Shown here piece by piece: positions 10,288 to 20,572 of a stretch of DNA of 64,000 nt; the first letter of the stretch is position 1, and each line of letters begins with the position of its first letter. The notes beneath the pieces are model-generated. The model saw only the letters and a program-made list of their open reading frames with translations. It searched no databases and was not told the DNA's origin. Source of the stretch: a virus; IMG/VR virus record IMGVR_UViG_3300025133_000037, positions 1 through 64,000 of that record; one strand, given 5' to 3'. The position numbers and the translations under genes were made by a program.

Positions 10288-13200
10288 TTATCCACAGTGG
10301 TAAGTGCATCCGACGAATGCTTTTTTATAAGTTTGTCCATCGAAGTCGAATTCGACACAATCGTAATTATTACTATCTAAATCAAAATCGCAATCTTGAG
10401 TAATCTTTGCAACTGTATAGTTATGAAGCAAATCATCATCCTGTCTCATTCCATAGCCTGGAATTTCGCAAGTAGTTATGTAATCTCCATTTTCTAGGTC
10501 TCCATTTATATTACAAATCCAAACGGCGCCCTCTCCAAGAGAGTTTAATATAACCTTATTATCGTATTCGAGATCTTTTTTATATGCACTTACAAAGTTA
10601 CCTGCAGCAAATGTTCTATATTCATTATTTGGATCTTCAGCATCAGAAACTACTCCAAATACCGACTTTTGCATTCGCTCAGAAGAAAGCTCAACAAGTG
10701 GTAATGATTCATTTATTTTTATTGATTTATCAACATACGATCCCAAGGAAACAGCTATCAACCCAACATACTCTTCGATATCATCAAAGTTAAACTGATA
10801 ATCAAATAAAGTTCTGTGCTGTCCTGTAAAATTCATTTTTTCAGTACCACCAGTAGTTGGGTTGATAAAGCCGCATAGAGTAGAGGCGCCATAGATGCTG
10901 CCCGTTGTAAAACATAGTTTGTCCGCATCGTTAGTATTATGAGTATCAAATGTCGTGTCCATGCCCATGTGCCATGCCTGGTTGTTCACAGAGTGAATAA
11001 CGGTAAACCCACGCCATGTGCTATCAGCCTGCTGCTTCACTCGAATTCCATGCTGAGTGCCTGTTGGGGCCCCGAAAAAGCTAACCCCCTGTTTATCATC
11101 CAGAATCGTCATTGTTTGGTTGTCGGATTTGTCTCTAATATAAAGATAATCATACGCCGCACTGGCCTCAAAAGTCCACCTAGTGAGTCCACCCTCCTTC
11201 AGAATCAGCGACGGATTATAGTTGGTCTCGGCATCAATTATGAGGTTAGCGTCATAAGCGCTGCTTTTAAATATGGCGTTAAATACAGAAGGGGATTCGA
11301 CCTCAAAGCCAAAGCAATCATTAACATTTACAGCCCCATTAACCTCAAGGCCGTCATCGGCCGTTAGGAGGCCGCCTACGGTCAAATAATCGCCTACGGT
11401 CAAATAATCGCCTACAGTTGTATATTCTCCAACGGTTAAATGTCCCGGTACATCAAAGTCTCCGGATACACCCGTTGCATCAAGAGTTCCGCCAATAGAA
11501 CCTGCAGTGACAGTGCCTGTTACATCCAAATCTCCTTCGAAATAAGTGCTTCCAATAACGTGGAGATTATAGTTGGGGTCATTTTCATTGATCCCAACCT
11601 TCCCATCTCTAATAGTAAGGATCATATCTCCCTCTGTTCCTATTTGAACAGCAGAGTTTGCGGCAGTAGGTAAGTTGCTGTTTAAACATAAAGCATTTTG
11701 AAGAGAATCTGTATAAGTTGCCGCAGCTTCACCTTCAAGCCTTATCTGTGCATTACTATCTCCGCCATCTTGAGACATTTTTATGCCGGCGTTTCCAGAT
11801 TCAGAAGAATCATCAGGGTCTGCTTCTAACTTTATAAAAGAACTTCCTCCGTCTTTAGCTCTCAAATGAAGCATTTCATCCGGAGTAGAGGTCCCTATTC
11901 CAACATCTCCCCCGATGACCAAGTTTCTGCTAACCCTATCCCCCCAAGGCTTTGAGTTTCCCGGGTTAATATAGGGAGTCGTTGATGAGCCATCGCTATC
12001 TGCAATAATATTTCCACGAAACTCTACGTTATTCTCAGAAGGACACTCTACTACGCCAAATATATGACCAGACCCCCGATTCTTTACTAAGTAGTGAGTT
12101 TCTCCGTCGATATTTCCATCGCCGGTCCCCCTTAGTACGTTATTTGTAATAATTATATTTCTACACTTAGATGCAGACCAATCGTCCGAGATTAACAGCG
12201 CGGGCGTATTTAGATGCTCACAATTAGATATAGACAAATTCCCAACTTCTTCAGAACCATCGCTATCTTCACTATAAATCCAAACCCCAGATGAGTACTC
12301 ATTAAAGTCGGCCTTTTCGGATCTGTCAAAAATTACATCGTTAACTCTAACTCCCCAGTTTAGCTTATTTCCATCTGAATCTTTAACCCAAGGGTCAATG
12401 GTAGCTATGGAGCAATTCTTCATCCTGAGATTACTTATAGTTACAAATCCATTGCTCAAAACATCATCATCTCCATCGGGAGTGCTTTGAAGCCCCGGCC
12501 CCGGGACAAACAGGTAGCCGGCATGGGCGGGTGAAGATGAAGATGCATCCGTTCTGTCATCTTCATCTTCACCCGCATTGGTATACACCTTCATTATATC
12601 AAGTACAGTAGAATAGCCTTCCCCAGTTATGTTTATAGGAAAGTTTATCCAACTGCCGTAGCGAGATGCGGCCTGATAATGATCAGCAGCAGTATAGACT
12701 CCAGTCTCAACCCCTGTATCGATCACAACCTTGTGGACTCCAGACTTTAAATGAACCGTTGGGACGCCAGCTTTTGGAAAAAGTTGAGAAAATCTCTTTG
12801 CGTATTTTAACGCTGGTCCAAGTTCAGAAAAGTGGCCCATTCCATACTGCGGGCTTACTGTTATTGAGTTTAAAACAGTAAGATCTAAATCATTTATAAA
12901 TAATCTTAGGTCAATAGCATCAATAGTTATTCCATCATTTTCCACGGTTCCTAGTATGCAGTAATTATATGGATCAAATGGGCATGCGCATGTTATGCTG
13001 TCTGCAGCTTTAAATACAACCTCACCCCATTCGTTTACTGCTACAAAAAATTTATCTACATCGGCAACAAGAATGTCCGTTATATAAGAATCTACTTTAT
13101 CTAGCTCAAACCTCTTGCCCTTGACATAGCAGACTCCTGCAGAAACAGAGACTGTATATGTAACTCCATTATCTAATGGATCAATTACCTCAAGTCCTCT

Positions 13201-15696
13201 TATTACTCCATTAGATCTAGTTTCCGCCATTGGACGCTGAATTGCATTTTGTACAACGTCCGTTCCCAAATCTTTATATCCAGTGCTCCCTCTTCTAATC
13301 TTAGAAAAGATACGAGGATAGTCTCTTCCTGATCCCGTAACTCTTGATACATCAGCCTCATACAAGACCCTTCCTAACATCAAGTTTTCTTCTTGATTAA
13401 TTTCACTATAGCCATAAAGACTCATTACAAAACTTCCATCGCCCTCGATGAGCGTGGCTATTGCGTCCGAATCTTTTATAAATACTTTTACAAATATATT
13501 ATATTCTCCAGAATATAATGTTACATACTCTGCTTTTATGCCATTTATTTCAACCTCTGGGCCTGAATCGAGGGATAATAGAATCCTCATATCTGCAGGG
13601 TCTAGATCAGCCTTATCTACAGCCAACAGCCCTGGTGTCGCCTCCTCATATACAGATATATCGCCTTCAAAATCGCAAATAGCCACAAGACTTTCCGATA
13701 CACCATCGGAGACTATAGCATATGTTAATCGTTCTTCATAAAAAATATTTCTATTATAATCCATAAAAATGTCTATAATAGAACATTTTCCGCTTGAAGA
13801 AAACTCTCTAAACGCCAAATCATTCAAGGAAAGTGAGTTTTTATATATATAAAACTCAGTATCGTCAGTAGTTTCTCCGACCCACTCTTGATCAGGAAGC
13901 TGCGTATTATCCACAGATATTCCGGAAGAAGTGACATCTAAAATAATATATGTGCCGTCATCACTTAGGGAATTTGTAATTACAAGTATATCTCCATCTC
14001 TAACGCCCTCTGCCTCAAAATCTATGCTAGTAGAGGTTACTCCGGATGTTCCCTGCAACAACGTAAGCCCAGTCTCTACTAGTTTCGCTTCAAGATCTGT
14101 AAATGCATGACCTTGAATATAATATCTAGTTCCAAGACCAAAGTCTATATCCATATCTTCAAAGCTAACTAATCCTAATGAATCCAATGCATCATCTGAT
14201 CCTCTAGAGACTGTGATGTATCTGCTAGTGTCAGACGAACTTGGCATAGAATGAACAAGGGCTATCTCTGATTGCTTGCCCTCTTCATAGTCGACCCTAT
14301 AAGCTGATACGCTAAGCCTATTCTCTGCAAACTGGCTATTCATCGCCTTTATTATAGAATCTATAGTTTGGCCATATCCCGTCGTTGTGCCTAGATCTCC
14401 ATCATATGTATCGATCTCGACGGCCGTACCCCCATCTATGGATATATCAAAATATCTATTTCCAAGAGCTATTTCTAATGGTCTGATTTTTTTAGTAATT
14501 ATTGTTGCAGCATTTGGATTTGCAATCTGCAAAACATCAGCATTACTAAAAGACGAAGAGGATCCAAGGCCCTGATATTCTCTTGTGGTAATTAAAAGAC
14601 CAGCTATATTCGCTTCTCTGTTTGGATTTTTATATATTTTAGCCTGAGCACCAGACTCAGATGCAGAAAGAAATTTTCCGTAAACCTTAACGCCCTCAAT
14701 GCTAAGCCCATCAGTAGAGTAATCTACGTAGCTTATTTGATATAAAGCATCTCCGGTTCCATCTGTTATCTTTAAAATATCACAACGTTCAATAATAATC
14801 GCCGGCACATCTGGTGGGGTGGAAAAAATTACAGAAGATACTGAAGCTCCAGAAGATGAGGTAGATTCAGAATAATATATATCTTCTGAATCTAAAACTA
14901 GCATTCCCTCTTCGTTATCAGATGCAGAAACAAGCTTTGTGGTTTTTAATCCTGCATTACTATGCTGATAATCTTGATGATCATCTAACTGCGCTGTAGC
15001 AATTTCCAGCAAATCATCAATAGCTCCCTGAACATCCACTGAATCTATATATGCGGCTGTATCTTCATTGTCATAAAATACTTGTAGGGCCTCATGGGCT
15101 CTGTTTGTCTCTGATATATCGGTACCATCATAGTTTATATGTGATGCAAATATTGACTCAAATGCCCCCTGGGAAGTCGTAGTGCTTAAGGAGGTTATTC
15201 CATCGGAAGAGGACGTGCTTTCAATTGAGTCGATAGTAATTGCCTGCCCCATGTGTCGATTTGTGGCAGCAGGATGCACGTGAGCGCCAAGAAGAATGGC
15301 AAACTCCTCAATCGTTTGCAACAATGAATCTACCTGTTTTACTAATTGAGATATTTCATCTTGAAGCAATGTTGTAGGGTAATTTAGCCTTAGTTTACTC
15401 TCATTAATTGCGGCAGTCTTTGATACGTCAGAGTCTGTAATTGGCCCAGATAAAAGATTCGCACGATCTAAAGCTTCCTTTAGAATATTTCCATTACCAT
15501 CTAATACTTTATTTAATCGATCAGATACTGTATTTCCAACAGCACCTTGAGGGTTTACCCCCAAGGTTCTTTCTATTTGAAAAATGGCTGTACGAATACT
15601 GTTTATAACATCAGAGCCAATTTCTACGATATTATCTCTTACCGCAGGAATTTCAATAGAAGAATCTAATTGATCTGGGTACTTTGATTTTGCCAT
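10288..15696 (-). CDS. Tail fibre/tailspike protein B with beta-helix, fibre repeats and C-terminal autocleaving-chaperone-like domain
   Basis: Paralogous to 6678-10274 over about 1000 aa; 'GDVGIGTSTP' and 'GKVGINENDP' fibre repeats; C-terminal FTGQHR...GEGAVW...GDYITT...AFVGCTYHCG. Confidence 0.75.
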   Translation of the reverse strand: MAKSKYPDQLDSSIEIPAVRDNIVEIGSDVINSIRTAIFQIERTLGVNPQGAVGNTVSDRLNKVLDGNGNILKEALDRANLLSGPITDSDVSKTAAINESKLRLNYPTTLLQDEISQLVKQVDSLLQTIEEFAILLGAHVHPAATNRHMGQAITIDSIESTSSSDGITSLSTTTSQGAFESIFASHINYDGTDISETNRAHEALQVFYDNEDTAAYIDSVDVQGAIDDLLEIATAQLDDHQDYQHSNAGLKTTKLVSASDNEEGMLVLDSEDIYYSESTSSSGASVSSVIFSTPPDVPAIIIERCDILKITDGTGDALYQISYVDYSTDGLSIEGVKVYGKFLSASESGAQAKIYKNPNREANIAGLLITTREYQGLGSSSSFSNADVLQIANPNAATIITKKIRPLEIALGNRYFDISIDGGTAVEIDTYDGDLGTTTGYGQTIDSIIKAMNSQFAENRLSVSAYRVDYEEGKQSEIALVHSMPSSSDTSRYITVSRGSDDALDSLGLVSFEDMDIDFGLGTRYYIQGHAFTDLEAKLVETGLTLLQGTSGVTSTSIDFEAEGVRDGDILVITNSLSDDGTYIILDVTSSGISVDNTQLPDQEWVGETTDDTEFYIYKNSLSLNDLAFREFSSSGKCSIIDIFMDYNRNIFYEERLTYAIVSDGVSESLVAICDFEGDISVYEEATPGLLAVDKADLDPADMRILLSLDSGPEVEINGIKAEYVTLYSGEYNIFVKVFIKDSDAIATLIEGDGSFVMSLYGYSEINQEENLMLGRVLYEADVSRVTGSGRDYPRIFSKIRRGSTGYKDLGTDVVQNAIQRPMAETRSNGVIRGLEVIDPLDNGVTYTVSVSAGVCYVKGKRFELDKVDSYITDILVADVDKFFVAVNEWGEVVFKAADSITCACPFDPYNYCILGTVENDGITIDAIDLRLFINDLDLTVLNSITVSPQYGMGHFSELGPALKYAKRFSQLFPKAGVPTVHLKSGVHKVVIDTGVETGVYTAADHYQAASRYGSWINFPINITGEGYSTVLDIMKVYTNAGEDEDDRTDASSSSPAHAGYLFVPGPGLQSTPDGDDDVLSNGFVTISNLRMKNCSIATIDPWVKDSDGNKLNWGVRVNDVIFDRSEKADFNEYSSGVWIYSEDSDGSEEVGNLSISNCEHLNTPALLISDDWSASKCRNIIITNNVLRGTGDGNIDGETHYLVKNRGSGHIFGVVECPSENNVEFRGNIIADSDGSSTTPYINPGNSKPWGDRVSRNLVIGGDVGIGTSTPDEMLHLRAKDGGSSFIKLEADPDDSSESGNAGIKMSQDGGDSNAQIRLEGEAAATYTDSLQNALCLNSNLPTAANSAVQIGTEGDMILTIRDGKVGINENDPNYNLHVIGSTYFEGDLDVTGTVTAGSIGGTLDATGVSGDFDVPGHLTVGEYTTVGDYLTVGDYLTVGGLLTADDGLEVNGAVNVNDCFGFEVESPSVFNAIFKSSAYDANLIIDAETNYNPSLILKEGGLTRWTFEASAAYDYLYIRDKSDNQTMTILDDKQGVSFFGAPTGTQHGIRVKQQADSTWRGFTVIHSVNNQAWHMGMDTTFDTHNTNDADKLCFTTGSIYGASTLCGFINPTTGGTEKMNFTGQHRTLFDYQFNFDDIEEYVGLIAVSLGSYVDKSIKINESLPLVELSSERMQKSVFGVVSDAEDPNNEYRTFAAGNFVSAYKKDLEYDNKVILNSLGEGAVWICNINGDLENGDYITTCEIPGYGMRQDDDLLHNYTVAKITQDCDFDLDSNNYDCVEFDFDGQTYKKAFVGCTYHCG
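11373..11415. repeat. 18-bp tandem repeat (2 copies plus partial) encoding GDYLTV
   Basis: cgcctacggtcaaataat x2 + cgcctac. Confidence 0.85.
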
Positions 15697-15746
15697 TAAT
15701 ATATCCTATACGCTTAAACTTTGTATTAACTAAAATAAAATTAGTA

Positions 15747-16217
15747 TTAAAAACTAGTAGAGATCCCACCGGTTACTTCCATATGATCTGTTATTGCATC
15801 TGCTGCCAAAAATGCACCAATAGTCAGACCTATCCCTAGGGTTAAAAACCCTATATTCTCCCAAGTTTGAAGCCTATCTCTTTTGTTATATCTGTCAATT
15901 AGATCTTGATTTATACCATTTAAATGCGTATATCGTTCAATTTGATTTTCATAAAAATTTATATTAACCTTATATAGATCGACCTGCCGAAGCCTCAATG
16001 ACTCTAGCTCCTTATACCTCTCTAATTCAGCTTCTTTAGCCTCCAATTCCTCAACTCGTCTCAATAGCTCTGTAGCCTCATCTATGGTAAAGACATAAGA
16101 GTCTTCTGATAATTCTGTGCCCGCTGTCATCACATCTCCAGCGTAAGCAACTGTCGGAGATATAATAATTGACGATACAATTATCACTGAAATAATGCCA
16201 TTTAATATCTTTCTCAT
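15747..16217 (-). CDS. Signal peptide, coiled coil and C-terminal TM protein (spanin-like architecture)
   Basis: Hydrophobic N-terminus ending AYA; heptads; C-terminal IGFLTLGIGLTIGAFLAA. Confidence 0.5.
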   Translation of the reverse strand: MRKILNGIISVIIVSSIIISPTVAYAGDVMTAGTELSEDSYVFTIDEATELLRRVEELEAKEAELERYKELESLRLRQVDLYKVNINFYENQIERYTHLNGINQDLIDRYNKRDRLQTWENIGFLTLGIGLTIGAFLAADAITDHMEVTGGISTSF

Positions 16218-16426
16218 AACTCTAACTCCACCTTTCCTAAGCCTATTTCTTCGCTAACCTTATCTGGAGAGACCCAAGACTCTATTTCCCCTATATTTAT
16301 TAAGACAAAATCTTTTCCAACAAGAGTCTTCTTCTCTATCTTCGCGGCAATTGCGACAATCTTATCATAAACCTCTGAGCTCTCTTCTTTGGCACAAAGT
16401 ATAAGTTTATTTATTTCTTTTAACAT
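16214..16426 (-). CDS. Hypothetical protein
   Basis: Start/stop overlaps with both neighbours. Confidence 0.55.
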   Translation of the reverse strand: MLKEINKLILCAKEESSEVYDKIVAIAAKIEKKTLVGKDFVLINIGEIESWVSPDKVSEEIGLGKVELEL

Positions 16427-16779
16427 TAAAATCCTCTATCATCAAAAAATTCATCTAGTTCTTCTTTTGAAACATCCTCTCTGGCCTCGAAAGAGTCTAG
16501 AGTATTTATTTCTTCTTTTACACTTTTTATTCGTTCTTCTAAGTCTAGAATTAAATCATTATTTTTACCAATTTCCTCTTGAGCCTTTTCGATTTCAATT
16601 TCTTCTCTTAACTTTTTCAATTCTAATTCTAAAATTTGACGAGATGTCATCTTTTTTTGGAAAAGAAAAATAGCTATCAATCCAAACAACCCTATGATTG
16701 CTCCGAAAAAAAGCTTTATCTTTAGCCCTAATCCTTTGAACCAGGACCCTATAGTTGTGCTTTCGTCTTCATCACTCAC
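16426..16779 (-). CDS. N-terminal TM plus coiled-coil protein (i-spanin-like)
   Basis: LFFGAIIGLFGLIAIFLF followed by a long heptad region; follows the holin-like gene. Confidence 0.5.
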   Translation of the reverse strand: MSDEDESTTIGSWFKGLGLKIKLFFGAIIGLFGLIAIFLFQKKMTSRQILELELKKLREEIEIEKAQEEIGKNNDLILDLEERIKSVKEEINTLDSFEAREDVSKEELDEFFDDRGF

Positions 16780-17029
16780 TTTCTGCGTCCCCCTCCTCTA
16801 TTTCATACTTTTTATCTGTCCATCGTCTAGTTACATATGCTGTAAAAGTAGCCGCCAAATAAGCCGTCATTGATGCAGCCTCCATAGATTGGAAACCTAT
16901 TTCAAAATCTTTATATGAAATTCTACCAAATGTAGCTAATAAAATATTCAAAGTAACTACTGAAAATGCCAAAAAAGCAAATGTTAACATAGCGTCCGGC
17001 TTTCCTGATGTATTTTTAATCCAATGCAT
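16772..17029 (-). CDS. Holin-like small membrane protein
   Basis: 85 aa, two hydrophobic segments, charged C-terminus; GGAGG RBS. Confidence 0.5.
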   Translation of the reverse strand: MHWIKNTSGKPDAMLTFAFLAFSVVTLNILLATFGRISYKDFEIGFQSMEAASMTAYLAATFTAYVTRRWTDKKYEIEEGDAESE

Positions 17030-17038
17030 ACTTACCTC

Positions 17039-19030
17039 CTAAGTGCTAAAAGAATATGGAAATGTATACATAATATCAGTTTTATCCATTCTCTTTAAAT
17101 TTAATCTCTGTCTAGTATAATGTCTGTAAAATAGCTTATCTTTAGTTATATTTAAAACCTCATATATATATTCTACATCATTATTAAAATCAAACCTAAC
17201 GATTAAGTCTCTGTCTTTAATTGCCGGATTAGGCAGAGTCCAACATACTGGCTCATATTTTTGCTCCAAATGCTGATGAGCGCCAAGAACTAAGTCTTCC
17301 TGGGTATCTCCAAACATAACCATAACTCGTCCATCACTTCTTCTTTTATAATCATATTGAACATATCCGTTTGTATACCCCGTTCCATAACAAAGCTTGC
17401 ACCCCTTAATCTTTGGGTGCATTCTTCTTGAATCAGCGCAACTGCATTTTGGTCCATCCCAAATTCTTTTGAGAAGAATTATCGGCTCGCCTACCTGATC
17501 CAACAGAGCCTCTTCTCTGTTGAGCATTCTGTCAAACAAGTTCATGCCTCTAAATTTATTAAACTCTCCGCCCAAGTAACTTCCGCAATCATTCTTGCCC
17601 TGAAAAATCTGCTGAGGGATTGCTCTATGATAGCCGCAAAAATCAAAGCCTTGAAAAAACTTCCTATCATTATCCTCATAATCTGTTACAACCAGCCCTG
17701 TTCCACCTATCTCTCTTCCACTCTCATATCCATCTATATAGGTTGGAGTTCCGGTTATTATAACTGAATTTTTATCCTGACAGGCGAAGAACATTTTTAC
17801 CGTATCTCCGGAAATATAAATCCCTGGGCTGGTACCGTTCAGGCCTCGTCCACCAGAAGGAAGAAGAAATGATGTATCTGTTTTTGCGGTATACCTTATA
17901 ACTTCAGAATCATTTATCAATAATATTCCCGCAGACGGGTATCCATCTGTGGAAGCTACGTTTATTGTTGTTGCGTCACTCAAAACCTGCTCTGTAACAC
18001 TAGTGTCATCAGGAATTCTAAAAACGCCCTCCGCTACAGACTCCATATTGTCTAATTCAAGAGTTCCACTAAAAGCCTCAAGAGCTCTAACTGCAAAGGC
18101 TAAAGTAAATCCTGGTGTAAACCCAGATATCTCTGCAGCCCTAGTATCTCCTGTGGCGATATATTTGGGATTAGAATCAAAAATGTCTAATCTTGATTCA
18201 TTTTCATATATCAAAGAAAATGAATCCCCCTTGTATGATCTGGAAATTGGCTTATACCATTCTATTTTCAGCATATCTCCCCTGCCAACATTAGAAACTT
18301 TTCTAATACCTTGTGAAAATCCTAAAAATTTTATTTGCGGGAAAGTTGATGGTAAAATAATTTCTGGCAGATCAACGCTGTATGCAAAATCCCCCCTTAG
18401 AAGGTTTCCGTTAAGATCCTCTACAGTATACTTAACTATATAAGCTCCATCTCTAAACGACTCCGTAGGCTCAATTCTGACTGAAGCTCCATCCTCAATC
18501 TTGGTAACCAAGGATGTATCTCCATCAAAATATTCTTGAAAAACACCATCAGCAACGACGGGAAGATCATTTATCCATATATTTATACTATCTGTATCAA
18601 TATCGTCAATTTCATCTTTAAATTGTAAAAATAAAACTTGATCTGATTGAACTAAATCTCCATCCTCTGGAGACGAAAGCTCCAAAATAGGCTCTGCAGG
18701 AATTGTCTTAAATACATATTCGAAATTAAAATATTTTTCATCTAAATTTTGAATCTGAACTTTTACAAGAATCACTTCTCCCTGAGAAAATAAATCTTCA
18801 GGGTCGATAACGATATAGGCTCCAGCATCAATAGTTGAGATATCCGAAAAGGCTCCATCAAACCCAGATAAAAACTCTAGCTCCTTGATGGCCATGGCGC
18901 CGCTTACCTCTACAATAAGCGATGACAAATCAAGCCCTGTGCCGTCATCTATTATGCTGAATTCTATTAGCGAATCTAAGCCGTTAAGCTTACTTCCTTC
19001 GTTTGGTGACTGGCCTGATAAAGTTAGCAT
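17039..19030 (-). CDS. Neck/head-closure-like protein with N-terminal Ig-like repeats
   Basis: Likely start 19030 (GGAGG at 19036-19040); Ig-like repeats; C-terminal 'GEPIILLKR...CSC...CKLCYGTGY' and 'PAIKDRDLIV...YEV'. Confidence 0.6.
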   Translation of the reverse strand: MLTLSGQSPNEGSKLNGLDSLIEFSIIDDGTGLDLSSLIVEVSGAMAIKELEFLSGFDGAFSDISTIDAGAYIVIDPEDLFSQGEVILVKVQIQNLDEKYFNFEYVFKTIPAEPILELSSPEDGDLVQSDQVLFLQFKDEIDDIDTDSINIWINDLPVVADGVFQEYFDGDTSLVTKIEDGASVRIEPTESFRDGAYIVKYTVEDLNGNLLRGDFAYSVDLPEIILPSTFPQIKFLGFSQGIRKVSNVGRGDMLKIEWYKPISRSYKGDSFSLIYENESRLDIFDSNPKYIATGDTRAAEISGFTPGFTLAFAVRALEAFSGTLELDNMESVAEGVFRIPDDTSVTEQVLSDATTINVASTDGYPSAGILLINDSEVIRYTAKTDTSFLLPSGGRGLNGTSPGIYISGDTVKMFFACQDKNSVIITGTPTYIDGYESGREIGGTGLVVTDYEDNDRKFFQGFDFCGYHRAIPQQIFQGKNDCGSYLGGEFNKFRGMNLFDRMLNREEALLDQVGEPIILLKRIWDGPKCSCADSRRMHPKIKGCKLCYGTGYTNGYVQYDYKRRSDGRVMVMFGDTQEDLVLGAHQHLEQKYEPVCWTLPNPAIKDRDLIVRFDFNNDVEYIYEVLNITKDKLFYRHYTRQRLNLKRMDKTDIMYTFPYSFST

Positions 19031-19074
19031 AAAAACCTCCAATTGAGGCTTTTCTATTAGTAGAGCGGCCTACC

Positions 19075-19629
19075 CTATACTCTTTCCATAAACTCTGACT
19101 TTTTCTCTTCCACTTCTGACTTTGGAATATCATGATATTCAAGCAAATTATCAACATATTTCTCTGCCTCATTCGCCCCTCTGGTCTTGCTATCATATTC
19201 GATTTGACGCTGAAATGCCTCTATTTCATCATCCCTATCTAAATAATCATCATCTTTATCATCTTGTTTTTTGCCAAAATCTTCAATATGCTGTATAGCA
19301 TGTACTAATTCGTGGATTATATATCTCATAATTATCTTAAAAGGCTTTTTCATTAATTTTGGATTTAAAATTATTTTTCCATTAATAGTTTTCGCAGCTA
19401 CTTTTATTTTATCAAAGCTTATGGGAACACTTTTTAAAAACCATGCTCCTATATTATTTTCTTCACAAATACTTTTGGCTATATCATCATTCATCAATGA
19501 CGTTCTTATCTCGGATAAGGCCATCATTTGCTCCATAAGAGTATTTTTCTTATTCTTTTTTAATGCTACTATTGTTATCATTTGGATAGTTCTCTTCTGA
19601 AAAAAAGTCTTGCAAGTCCTTGGACTCAT
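19075..19629 (-). CDS. HExxH zinc metallopeptidase-like protein
   Basis: YIIHELVHAIQH plus downstream 'EIEAF'; true start may be 19581. Confidence 0.6.
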   Translation of the reverse strand: MSPRTCKTFFQKRTIQMITIVALKKNKKNTLMEQMMALSEIRTSLMNDDIAKSICEENNIGAWFLKSVPISFDKIKVAAKTINGKIILNPKLMKKPFKIIMRYIIHELVHAIQHIEDFGKKQDDKDDDYLDRDDEIEAFQRQIEYDSKTRGANEAEKYVDNLLEYHDIPKSEVEEKKSEFMERV

Positions 19630-19798
19630 TATTAATAGCTAAATTAGCAAGAAATGTGCTTTGTCTTAACATTGTTATTCTTTCTTCTGCTCTTTTGACC
19701 AAATTTTGTAAACCTAAAATTTCAAACTCCATTTCCTCAGAATCTCTTGGGGCTTCAAACCCACAATAATACATAGAACAATTTTCTGGCTCTCTCAT
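19550..19798 (-). CDS. Hypothetical protein
   Basis: ATG with GGAG RBS. Confidence 0.5.
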   Translation of the reverse strand: MREPENCSMYYCGFEAPRDSEEMEFEILGLQNLVKRAEERITMLRQSTFLANLAINNESKDLQDFFSEENYPNDNNSSIKKE

Positions 19799-19822
19799 AA
19801 TATCTCCATTGTTATATAATAC

Positions 19823-20392
19823 TTATTCCAAACTGTCTTGGCATAACTCTATATACCTTGTGTATTTTAATCCTGACGAATTGTGTCCACCACTTTCCCA
19901 AGCCTCATTCATTAGATGATATCGCATACTTGTATGACTCCACCCTAGAGCGTGTCCAATCTCATGCTCCAAAACACGCTCTTTGGTTATATATCTTTCT
20001 TGTAAAAATATTTGAGAATACAGAATAGTATTATCGACCTGAAGCTTAGTAGTTCTAGTTAAGGCTAATTTCTCAAAATCAAAAGATTGATTCGGCAAGG
20101 ATAAAATTATCTCTCCCCATAAGGGATTGGTCCTACACGCTGGTGAGCTATTATCATATATAATTGGCCCAAAAGAATACCCTAATCTCTCCCAATATCT
20201 TAGTGCTAACGATATTCTTGAGCTAGATATATTAAGCCCATCACACACTCTTATTGCCGGCTCAGATATCCAGCAGGCTTGAGTTTCTGGCTCTCGCCTT
20301 GGAACAAAAGCTGCCTCCTCTGCCTGAACAACCTGTGCGACGGGTGAGCTAAATGTAAGGATGAAAGATAATAATATGTACTTAGTCCACAT
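19823..20392 (-). CDS. Secreted metzincin (matrixin-like) metalloprotease
   Basis: Signal peptide from MWTKYILL (start 20392); HEIGHALGWSH (HExxHxxGxxH) and Met-turn 'LM'. Confidence 0.75.
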   Translation of the reverse strand: MWTKYILLSFILTFSSPVAQVVQAEEAAFVPRREPETQACWISEPAIRVCDGLNISSSRISLALRYWERLGYSFGPIIYDNSSPACRTNPLWGEIILSLPNQSFDFEKLALTRTTKLQVDNTILYSQIFLQERYITKERVLEHEIGHALGWSHTSMRYHLMNEAWESGGHNSSGLKYTRYIELCQDSLE

Positions 20393-20437
20393 ATACCTAT
20401 AGATACATAATAGTATTAACCTATTTTTTAACAACTC

Positions 20438-20569
20438 TTAAGACAGCAAGGTTGCCCCATACTTATCGGCATATCTGCTAAATGTAGTGGCGCCAACGCC
20501 CAGGCTTTTCGCCGCCTTTCTAACGGACCCATATTCACCATATGCTTTTATTGAGTCAAAAAATGTTTC
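20438..20569 (-). pseudogene. Start-less HTH remnant (ETFFDSIKAYGEYGSVRKAAKSLGVGATTFSRYADKYGATLLS)
   Basis: 43 open codons in frame behind the TAG-TAA stops of the neck gene; HTH pattern GSVRKAAKSLGVGATTFSRY; no upstream start codon. Confidence 0.5.
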
Positions 20570-20572
20570 TTA

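Noticed and set aside
1059-15696. Tailocin or extracellular contractile injection system
   Set aside because: Capsid, portal, terminase, protease and replication genes show a complete phage
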